Of a stretch of 64,000 nt of DNA, positions 1-7,529 are shown one piece after another; positions within the stretch are counted from its first letter, which is position 1; each line of letters starts with the position of its first letter. The position numbers and the translations under genes were made by a program. The stretch spans positions 420-64,419 of the forward strand of contig VXWX01000076.1 of NCBI GenBank assembly GCA_009835735.1. The letters run 5' to 3'. The stretch is from Acidimicrobiaceae bacterium (GTDB lineage Bacteria; Actinomycetota; Acidimicrobiia; Acidimicrobiales; Aldehydirespiratoraceae). Under the pieces are notes generated by a model. It had not been told where the DNA came from. It did no database searches and worked only from the letters and a program-made list of their open reading frames with translations.

Positions 1-121
1 CGACCCGACCGAGTAGCCGGAAGGTTACAACCCGTGCAGGTTTCTCGGGGTTGATTCTGCGGGCTTGCGGCAGGTGCAAAACCCCAGATTCCAGAGTGAC
101 CGACCGGACGGGCAGCACCGT

Positions 122-1003
122 ATGCTCTCGGCCATGAAATATGCCTCCCCGACGACGGTGGCCGAGGCTGTGGATCTGCTGGGATCGGAGCCGGACGCCC
201 GCGTGTACGCGGGCGCGACCGACCTGATCCCCCAGATCCGGGCCGGACGTCCCGAACCGGCCGTCATGGTCGACCTGAAGCGCATCGAGCGCTTGTGCGC
301 GATTAGCGGCAACGGATCCACGTACACGGTTGGCGCAGCCACGCCCACCGCCGACATCTGCGTCCACGACGGCCTGGCCGCGGCCTTCCCTGGCCTCGTC
401 GAGGCCAGCGGGCTGATCGGCTCCGACCAGATCCAGAGCCGCTCGAGCTTGGGCGGCAACCTGGCCAACGCCTCGCCCGCGGCCGATACACCGCCCAGCC
501 TCATCGTCAACGACGCCCGGGCCGTGATCGCCGGACCGGGCGGGGAGCGCACGGTGGCCGCGGCCGACGTCGCCACAGGCCCCGGCACCACGTCGCTCGG
601 CGGTGGCGAGTTCATCGTCGAGTTCGAGCTGGACCAACCGCCGGCCCGCACCGCCGACGCCTACCTGCGGCTGATCCCCCGCACCGAGATGGACATCGCG
701 GTGGTCGGCGCGGCGGCCCGGGTCACCCTCGACGGCGACGGCAGGGTCGCCGCAGCCGCCATCGCCCTCGGCGCGGTGGCCCCCACCGTGGTACGGGTGC
801 CCGACGCCGAGTCCGCCCTCATCGGCAACGAGCCGGCCGGTGATGCGCTGGCCGCCGTGGAGGCGGCTGCGTCGGCCGCCACCAACCCCATCGACGACAA
901 GCGGGGCACCGTCGCCTACCGCCGGCAGGTGGCCGGCGTGCTGGCCCGCCGGGCAGTGTCCATCGCAGCCGAGCGGGCCCGCGAGCGAGGAGGCCAGTCA
1001 TGA
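122..1003 (+). CDS. Xanthine dehydrogenase/CO dehydrogenase-family molybdoenzyme, FAD-binding medium subunit (CoxM/XdhB-like)
   Basis: ORF 65-1003. 'MKYASPTTVAEAVDLL...YAGATDLIPQIRAGR' and 'GGNLANASPAADT' are typical of the PCMH-type FAD subunit. Start set at ATG 122 (ATG 134 also possible). Stop overlaps the next start (ATGA at 1000-1003). Confidence 0.8.
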   Translation: MLSAMKYASPTTVAEAVDLLGSEPDARVYAGATDLIPQIRAGRPEPAVMVDLKRIERLCAISGNGSTYTVGAATPTADICVHDGLAAAFPGLVEASGLIGSDQIQSRSSLGGNLANASPAADTPPSLIVNDARAVIAGPGGERTVAAADVATGPGTTSLGGGEFIVEFELDQPPARTADAYLRLIPRTEMDIAVVGAAARVTLDGDGRVAAAAIALGAVAPTVVRVPDAESALIGNEPAGDALAAVEAAASAATNPIDDKRGTVAYRRQVAGVLARRAVSIAAERARERGGQS

Positions 1004-1476
1004 GCCGCGTCCACGTCACCTGCACCATCAACGGCGACCCGGCCGAGTTCCTCTGCGACGGCGGCCAGACGCTGCTCGACGCCCTGCGCGACGAGGTGGG
1101 CCTCACCGGGGCCAAGGAAGGATGCGGCACCGGCGACTGCGGGGCCTGCTCCATAGTCATGGACGGGCGCCTGCTGTGCTCATGCCTGGTGCTCGCCCCC
1201 GAGGCCGAGGGCACAACCATCTCCACCGTGGAGGGCATGGCCAGCGGCGACGACCTGCATCCCCTACAGCAGTGCTTCCTGGAGGGCGCCGCCCTGCAGT
1301 GCGGCGTGTGCACCCCCGGCTTCCTGGTGGCGGCCAAGGCGCTGCTCGACCGCAACCCCGACCCCACCGAGACCGAGATCCGCTACGGCCTGGCCGGCAA
1401 CCTCTGCCGGTGCACCGGCTACGACAAGATCGTGCGGGCCGTGCAGGCCGCGGCCGCAGCAATCAATGAGAGCTAG
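1000..1476 (+). CDS. Molybdoenzyme small subunit, 2x[2Fe-2S]-binding (CoxS-like)
   Basis: Cys motifs 'CGTGDCGAC', 'CSC', 'QCGVCTPG' and 'CRCTGY'. 158 aa. Translationally coupled to the upstream gene. Confidence 0.9.
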   Translation: MSRVHVTCTINGDPAEFLCDGGQTLLDALRDEVGLTGAKEGCGTGDCGACSIVMDGRLLCSCLVLAPEAEGTTISTVEGMASGDDLHPLQQCFLEGAALQCGVCTPGFLVAAKALLDRNPDPTETEIRYGLAGNLCRCTGYDKIVRAVQAAAAAINES

Positions 1477-1485
1477 GAGCCGCAA

Positions 1486-3747
1486 GTGACCGTCACCGAG
1501 CCCAAGCCCAGCTACAAGTACGTCGGCACCCGGCCCGTCCGCCACGACGGGCTCGAGAAGGTGACCGGCCGGGCCCGCTTCGCGGCCGACCTCAACATGT
1601 CGGGGCAGCTCCACGGCATCGTGGTGCGCTCACCCCACGCCCACGCCCGCATCGTGTCCATCGACACGTCGGAGGCCGAGGCCATGCCCGGTGTCAAAGC
1701 GGTGATCATCGGCGACGACTTCCCGGCCGTCGAGCCCGGCCACCGCCAGTACGACATGTGCATCAACGTCATCGCCCGCGACAAGGTCCTCTACGAGGGC
1801 CACGCGGTGGCTGCGGTGGCCGCCTCCACCCGCGACCAGGCCCAGGCGGCCGCGGCCGCGGTCAAGGTGGAGTACGACGTGCTGCCGGCGGTGCTCACCA
1901 TCGACCAGGCACTGGCCCCCGACGCCCCCGTGCTGCACGCCCACATGATGACCGCAGGGGCCAACCCGCCCGCGGAGGAGCCCTCCAACATCAGCAACAT
2001 CACCCGGTTCTCGGGCGGCGAGCTCGACGCCGGGTTCGCCGAGGCCGACCTGGTGATCGAGCGGGAGTTCACCACCCAGCCGGTCCACCAGGGATACATC
2101 GAGCCCCACGCCTGCGTGGCCGACACCGGCCAGGACGGCCACACCACGATCTGGTGCTCCTCGCAGGGGCACTTCAACGTCCGGTCGTCCACCGCCACGC
2201 TGCTCGGCTGGGAGACCACCCGCATCAGGGTGATCCCCGCCGAGATCGGCGGCGGCTTCGGCGGTAAGACCACCATCTACCTCGAGCCGCTGGCCGTGGC
2301 CCTTTCGGCCAAGGCGGGCCGCCCGGTGAAGATGGTGATGACCCGCGACGAGGTGTTCCGCGCCACCGGCCCCGCGCCGGGCACCAAGCTCAGGATCAAG
2401 CTCGGCGTCCAGAGCGACGGCAACCTGGTGGCCGGGGACGCCTACCTGATCTACACCAACGGCGCCTACGCCGGCCCCGGCGGGCTGCTGGGCGCCATGA
2501 CCGTGTTCGAGTCCTACAAGATTCCCAACTTCGAAGTCGAGGCGCTCGACGTAGTGATCAACACGGCCCGCTCGGCCGCCTACCGGGCCCCGGCCGCGCC
2601 CCTGACCGCCTACGCGCTGGAGACCATGCTCGACGAGCTTGCCGAGGAGCTCGGCATAGACGCCATGGATCTGCGGCTCAAGAACGCAGTGGCGGAGGGC
2701 GACCCGTCCACGATGGGCTTCCCGTTCGCCCGCATCGGGTTCGTGGAGTGCCTCGAAGCGGTGCGCGACCATCCCCACTTCACTGCTCCCTTGGGACCCA
2801 ATCAGGGCCGGGGCCTGGCTGCCGGCTACTGGTTCAATATCGGCGAGTCGTCCAGCGCCACCGTCAACCTCAACGAGGACGGCACCGCCACCGTGGTTAC
2901 CGGCAGCCCCGACATCGGCGGCAGCCGGGCCTCGATGGCGCTGATGGCCGCCGAGGAACTCGGCATCGATCCCCACGACATCCGCCCCGTGGTGGGCGAC
3001 ACCGAGGCGGTCGGCTTCACCGACATCACCGAGGGCAGCAGGGCCACATTCGCCACCGGCATGGCCGTGGTGGAAGCCTGCCGCAAGATGGTGGTCGAAC
3101 TGCGGGGACGGGCGGCCAAGATGATGGGCGCCGACATCGACGACGTCGACTGGGTGGACGGTCAGGCCGTCTACACCGGCAGCGACGGCGACAAGGATCC
3201 GCTGTCCATGGCCGCCATTTGTGCCAAGGCCAAGCGCACCGGCGGCCCGCTTACCGCCACCGGATCGCTGGAGGCCCACGGGGCCGGCCCCGGCTTCGCG
3301 GTGCACCTCTGCGACGTGGAGGTCGATCAGGAGACCGGTGTGGTGCGCGTAGTGCGCTACACCGCCTCGCAGGACGCGGGCACCGCCATCCATCCCAGCT
3401 ACGTGGAGGGCCAGATCCAGGGCGGTGTCGCCCAGGGAGTCGGCTGGGCCCTCAACGAGGAGTACATCTACGACTCCGACGGCGTGATGGAGAACCCCAG
3501 CTTCCTCGACTACCGGGTGCCGGTGGCCTCGGACCTGCCCATGATCGACGCCATCATCGTGGAGGTCCCCAACCCGGCGCATCCCTACGGTGTGCGGGGC
3601 GTGGGCGAGACCGGCATCGTGCCCCCGATACCGGCCGTGGCCAACGCCATCTACGACGCCACCGGGTGCCGCCTCCGCGACCTGCCGATGTCGCCCATCA
3701 GGGTGCTGGAGGCCATCACCGCCAACGGCGGCTCCAACGGCTCCTAG
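1486..3747 (+). CDS. Molybdopterin-binding large subunit, xanthine dehydrogenase/aldehyde oxidase family (substrate unknown)
   Basis: 753 aa, GTG start preceded by GGAG. Aldehyde-oxidase a/b-hammerhead-like N-terminus ('YVGTRPVRHDGLEKVTGRARFAAD') and 'AAYRAPAAP' loop. Gene order M-S-L. Confidence 0.9.
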   Translation: MTVTEPKPSYKYVGTRPVRHDGLEKVTGRARFAADLNMSGQLHGIVVRSPHAHARIVSIDTSEAEAMPGVKAVIIGDDFPAVEPGHRQYDMCINVIARDKVLYEGHAVAAVAASTRDQAQAAAAAVKVEYDVLPAVLTIDQALAPDAPVLHAHMMTAGANPPAEEPSNISNITRFSGGELDAGFAEADLVIEREFTTQPVHQGYIEPHACVADTGQDGHTTIWCSSQGHFNVRSSTATLLGWETTRIRVIPAEIGGGFGGKTTIYLEPLAVALSAKAGRPVKMVMTRDEVFRATGPAPGTKLRIKLGVQSDGNLVAGDAYLIYTNGAYAGPGGLLGAMTVFESYKIPNFEVEALDVVINTARSAAYRAPAAPLTAYALETMLDELAEELGIDAMDLRLKNAVAEGDPSTMGFPFARIGFVECLEAVRDHPHFTAPLGPNQGRGLAAGYWFNIGESSSATVNLNEDGTATVVTGSPDIGGSRASMALMAAEELGIDPHDIRPVVGDTEAVGFTDITEGSRATFATGMAVVEACRKMVVELRGRAAKMMGADIDDVDWVDGQAVYTGSDGDKDPLSMAAICAKAKRTGGPLTATGSLEAHGAGPGFAVHLCDVEVDQETGVVRVVRYTASQDAGTAIHPSYVEGQIQGGVAQGVGWALNEEYIYDSDGVMENPSFLDYRVPVASDLPMIDAIIVEVPNPAHPYGVRGVGETGIVPPIPAVANAIYDATGCRLRDLPMSPIRVLEAITANGGSNGS

Positions 3748-3771
3748 GCCGGGCCGGAGGCGAGGGGCCCG

Positions 3772-4023
3772 GTGGCGGTCAGCGTCCACCTGAGTTCCAA
3801 CCTGAGAGGCCCCACCGGAGGGCTCGCCGAGGTCGAGGCGGAGGGAGCCACCGTCGGCGCCCTCATCGACGATCTGGATCAGCGCTACCCGGGGCTCGGC
3901 GACGCCCTGCGGGCCGGTGTCTCTGTAGTGATCGACGGCCTACTCATCGCCCACCCCGAGTACGAGCCGCTCGCCGACGGCGCGCAGGTCTACTTCGTCC
4001 CCCAGACCGCCGGCGGCAGTTAG
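3772..4023 (+). CDS. MoaD/ThiS-family beta-grasp protein (C-terminus ...AGGS)
   Basis: 83 aa, GTG start 24 nt after the Moco subunit stop. Size, 'VxVxIDG' core and near-terminal GG resemble MoaD/ThiS sulfur carriers. Confidence 0.55.
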   Translation: MAVSVHLSSNLRGPTGGLAEVEAEGATVGALIDDLDQRYPGLGDALRAGVSVVIDGLLIAHPEYEPLADGAQVYFVPQTAGGS

Positions 4024-4070
4024 CCTTGGCGGTATAGTACTAGCAAGTGATGAGTTTTTTTCGAAAGTCG

Positions 4071-4099
4071 TTGCAATAACCGTTATTATCGTCTATAGT
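4071..4099 (+). promoter_or_regulatory. Sigma-70-type promoter for the R-M operon, probably giving a leaderless mRNA
   Basis: TTGCAA (4071-4076), 17-nt spacer, TATAGT (4094-4099), then 7 nt to ATG 4107 with no SD. A perfect palindrome AATAAC-c-GTTATT (4075-4087) overlaps the -35 and spacer. Confidence 0.4.
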
Positions 4100-4106
4100 C
4101 TGTGCT

Positions 4107-4706
4107 ATGACTCTCCTGAAGGAGTTCGTCGACATCCGCCCGGGCCTCGCAATGGCCGGGCGAGGTGCCGGAGCACAGCCAGGCGACTGGATGGTCCGCG
4201 TCGTCGATAGTGCGGACATCGTCGATGATCGCCTGCATATGGACGGGTTGCGAAACGTCCTTATTCGGCAGAGCGTTCGGACTGCGGCTCACCTTCTTGA
4301 GCCGTGGGACATCCTCGTCACGGCCCGGTCGCCGTCGGTGAAGGTCGCGCTGGTGCCGCCTGGTGCCAGTCGGACGGTTGCATCCACAACGCTGCTTGTC
4401 GTGCGCACGGCCGACGCGGGCACCGGGCTGGCACACTTTCTTTGGTACTACCTCACGTCAAGCCATGGACGGGCCGAGGTTGCCGCCCGATACACGACAA
4501 CCACCATCCCAACGCTGTCGGCGAGGGCGCTCGGCGAGGTGCCGGTCGTTGTGCCGCCACCGCGCGACTTGCCCCGCTTCGCTGATCTGGTAGAGGCCTC
4601 AACCGCATCCCGTGACGCCGCCCTTGAGGCCGTGCACGCCAGGCACGATGTCGTGCGGGACTCCGTAATCTCGGCCATCGCAGCGACAGATCGCGAAGTG
4701 GGTTAG
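4107..4706 (+). CDS. HsdS-like protein with a single target-recognition domain (half-size specificity subunit)
   Basis: 199 aa. Aligns by eye block-for-block with TRD1 of the downstream HsdS: 'EFVDIRPG' vs 'VGDVANVVGG', 'WDILVTARS' vs 'GSVLLTTRA', 'FLWYYLTS' vs 'LWLYYCISS', 'VPVVVPPP' vs 'LPILLPPL'. Ends 2 nt before hsdM. Confidence 0.6.
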   Translation: MTLLKEFVDIRPGLAMAGRGAGAQPGDWMVRVVDSADIVDDRLHMDGLRNVLIRQSVRTAAHLLEPWDILVTARSPSVKVALVPPGASRTVASTTLLVVRTADAGTGLAHFLWYYLTSSHGRAEVAARYTTTTIPTLSARALGEVPVVVPPPRDLPRFADLVEASTASRDAALEAVHARHDVVRDSVISAIAATDREVG

Positions 4707-4708
4707 CC

Positions 4709-6265
4709 ATGCCGCTCACGACCACCGAGTTGGAGTCGAAGCTGTGGGGTGCCGCCGACATCCTGCGCGGCCAGATCGACTCCAGCGACTACAAGAACTT
4801 CATCTTCTCGGTGCTGTTTCTGAAGCGGCTCTCCGACCGCTTCGCCGAGGAGGTGGACAGCGCCGTCCGTGTCGGCCTTGACCGTGAGGTGGCGGAGAGC
4901 GACCACGACGAGCACGAGTTCTTCGTCCCGTCCGAGGCCCGTTGGGGCGAGATCGTCCGTCACTCGATGAACCTCGGCGAGGTTCTGAACCGTGCCAGCG
5001 CCGAGATCGAGGAGGCGAACGCGCCGCGGCTCGATGGCGTGCTGCGCAATACGAACTGGAACGACGAGTCGAAGCTCGGCGGTCCCAGCAGCCGCGACCG
5101 CATTATCGGGAGCCTCCTGCGCCATTTCGACACCCTCGACCTGAGCGATGCCAACCTCACCGGGGAGGGCGAGCATGGTGCAGTCAACGTTCTCGGCGAC
5201 GCCTACGAGTACCTGATCCGCCAGTTCGCCGACGACGCCGGCAAGAAGGGCGGCGAGTTCTACACGCCGCGCTCGGTAGTCCGACTCATAGTCGAGCTGC
5301 TCCAACCGGCCGAGGGCATGCGGATCTGCGACCCGACGGCGGGCTCGGCCGGCATGCTCATCTACACCGCCCAGTACGTGGCCGAACAGGGCGGTGATCC
5401 CCGCAACCTCGTGCTGCACGGGCAGGAGCGCAACCTCGGCACCCTCGCCATCGGCAAACTGAACCTGCTGCTGCACGGCCTGCGCTCGGCCCGCTATGAG
5501 GCCGGCGACGTAATCAGCGACCCGCAGCTGCGCGATGCGCGGGGCCGTCTGCTCGCCTACGACCGCGTGATCGCCAATCCACCGTTCAGCCTGAAGGCCT
5601 GGGGGCGCGACTTCGCCCCCAACGACCCGCATCATCGCTTCGACCGCTACGGCGCGATTCCACCCAAGACCAAGGGCGATCTCGCTTTCGTGCAGCACAT
5701 GCTCGCGGTCGCTAAGCCCGGCGGGATGGTCGGCGTGGTGATGCCTCACGGCATCCTGTTCCGTGGCGGAGCGGAGGGGACGATCCGCAAGGGCATGCTC
5801 GAGGCCGACCTGTTTGAGGCAGTAATCGGGCTGGCTCCCAACCTCTTCTATGGAGCCAGCATCCCGGTGGCGATCTGCATCCTCAATAAGGCCAAGCCGG
5901 CCGAGCGGCGCGACAAGGTGCTGTTCATCGACGCTGACCAGCCCGACCATTTCCGCGCCGGGAAGGCCCAGAACTTCCTCGACGCTGCCCACATCGCGAG
6001 CATCGTCGAGGCCTTCCGCTCGTACGAGGAGGTCGAGCGCTTCGCGCATGTGGCCGGCCTCGACGAGATCGCGGCCAACGACCACAACCTGAACATCAGC
6101 CGCTACGTCGACACGAGCGAGCCGGTCGAAGTCTTGAGCGTCGAGGACGCCCTCGCGCAGCTCCGCAAGGCTGAACGTAAGCGGGACGAGGCCGCGGCGC
6201 GGATGGACGAACTACTTGGAGGTCTCGGTTATGCCACCGACGATTCACCTTCGGTGATCGGATAG
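4709..6265 (+). CDS. hsdM: Type I restriction-modification system, N6-adenine DNA methyltransferase subunit
   Basis: 518 aa. Motifs 'GEFYTPRSVV', 'DPTAGSAGML' (SAM motif I) and 'IANPPFS' (motif IV). N-terminal HsdM_N-like 'LWGAADILRG'. Confidence 0.93.
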   Translation: MPLTTTELESKLWGAADILRGQIDSSDYKNFIFSVLFLKRLSDRFAEEVDSAVRVGLDREVAESDHDEHEFFVPSEARWGEIVRHSMNLGEVLNRASAEIEEANAPRLDGVLRNTNWNDESKLGGPSSRDRIIGSLLRHFDTLDLSDANLTGEGEHGAVNVLGDAYEYLIRQFADDAGKKGGEFYTPRSVVRLIVELLQPAEGMRICDPTAGSAGMLIYTAQYVAEQGGDPRNLVLHGQERNLGTLAIGKLNLLLHGLRSARYEAGDVISDPQLRDARGRLLAYDRVIANPPFSLKAWGRDFAPNDPHHRFDRYGAIPPKTKGDLAFVQHMLAVAKPGGMVGVVMPHGILFRGGAEGTIRKGMLEADLFEAVIGLAPNLFYGASIPVAICILNKAKPAERRDKVLFIDADQPDHFRAGKAQNFLDAAHIASIVEAFRSYEEVERFAHVAGLDEIAANDHNLNISRYVDTSEPVEVLSVEDALAQLRKAERKRDEAAARMDELLGGLGYATDDSPSVIG

Positions 6266-6272
6266 GAGCGAC

Positions 6273-7508
6273 GTGTCGGCAGATGTAGTAGTGCGTGATG
6301 TCGCCCAAATCCCTGATGGCTGGCGAATCGCCCGAGTCGGTGATGTGGCGAATGTGGTCGGAGGGAGTACACCCTCCAGAACCCGGCCGGAGTTCTGGGG
6401 TGGCGACATACCGTGGGTAGTGCCGTCGGAGTTGACCGAACTGTCTGGCCGATACCTACAGGACTCGCGCGAGTCGATCACAATGGATGGGCTGGAATCC
6501 GCGGGATTACGGGTTCTACCCGCCGGATCGGTTCTACTCACAACGAGAGCGACCATTGGCCTCGCTGCGATCAATACACTCCCAATGGCGACAAATCAGG
6601 GATTTCAGAGTCTCGTTGGAAAAAATGGAACCGACAGTCTCTGGCTGTATTACTGCATCTCTTCGCAGAGGAGCGAACTAGAGCGGAGAGGAGCCGGGAG
6701 CACGTTCCGCGAAGTTTCCCGCGACGGGGTGCGAACGCTCCCCATCCTTCTACCGCCACTGTCCGAGCAGCGAGCCATCGCTGGGGTGCTGGACTCCATT
6801 GACGAGGCAATTGAGCGCGCGGACGAAGTCATCACAGCTACCGAGCGCCTCAGTGATGCCCTCCTCCACGAACTCCTGACCCGAGGTCTCCCGGGCCAAC
6901 ACTCAGAATGGAAGGAAGTGCCCGGCGTGGGCACCATCCCCGTCTCCTGGCAGGTCGCCCGCCTAGGCGAAGTTCTGAAGCTTGAATACGGTGTGTCGCT
7001 GCCTGAGCGATGTCGTCAGCCTGGCAGCACACCGGTTGTTGGGTCGGCGGGCATCGTAGGATTCCACGATCACGCATACCTGTCCGGCCCGGGGGTCGTG
7101 GTCGGCCGCAAGGGCAGTATCGGTACGGTGACGTGGGTACCTGAGGACTTTACGCCTATAGATACCACGTACTTTGTTCTCCCTCTTCAAGGCCGAGCGA
7201 ACCTAAGGTGGGCCTACTATCTGCTAGATCAGGTGGATCTTGCGAGCCTAAATCGTGCTACAGGCGTGCCAGGACTGAATCGGGACGACGTGTACGCACT
7301 GAGGAGACCAATCCCTCCTCTGACCGAGCAACAGACCATCGCTGGCGCTCTTGACAGTGTTCGTGTAGCTGTCGAGCAGGCACGCGATGAGCGCGAGACC
7401 CTGCAAGAACTACAGACGTCTGTTGCAGACGCGCTCCTCACAGGCCGCGTGCGGGTGGATCAACAAGAGCAGAAGGGCATGGACCAACTGGGAACGGATG
7501 AAGTCTGA
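6273..7508 (+). CDS. hsdS: Type I R-M specificity subunit with two TRDs
   Basis: 411 aa, GTG start with AGGAG 4 nt upstream. Duplicated conserved spacers 'PPLSEQRAIAGVLDSID' and 'PPLTEQQTIAGALDSV'. Confidence 0.9.
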   Translation: MSADVVVRDVAQIPDGWRIARVGDVANVVGGSTPSRTRPEFWGGDIPWVVPSELTELSGRYLQDSRESITMDGLESAGLRVLPAGSVLLTTRATIGLAAINTLPMATNQGFQSLVGKNGTDSLWLYYCISSQRSELERRGAGSTFREVSRDGVRTLPILLPPLSEQRAIAGVLDSIDEAIERADEVITATERLSDALLHELLTRGLPGQHSEWKEVPGVGTIPVSWQVARLGEVLKLEYGVSLPERCRQPGSTPVVGSAGIVGFHDHAYLSGPGVVVGRKGSIGTVTWVPEDFTPIDTTYFVLPLQGRANLRWAYYLLDQVDLASLNRATGVPGLNRDDVYALRRPIPPLTEQQTIAGALDSVRVAVEQARDERETLQELQTSVADALLTGRVRVDQQEQKGMDQLGTDEV

Positions 7509-7529
7509 ACCGGGTGAAGGGGAGCAGCC

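Noticed and set aside
122-3747. Calling the first M-S-L locus an aerobic CO dehydrogenase (coxMSL).
   Set aside because: The gene order fits. However, the large subunit has 'AAYRAPAAP' where form I CODH carries the VAYRCSFR active-site loop (form II has AYRGAGR), and no coxDEF/G accessory genes follow. I kept it as an XDH-family enzyme of unknown substrate.
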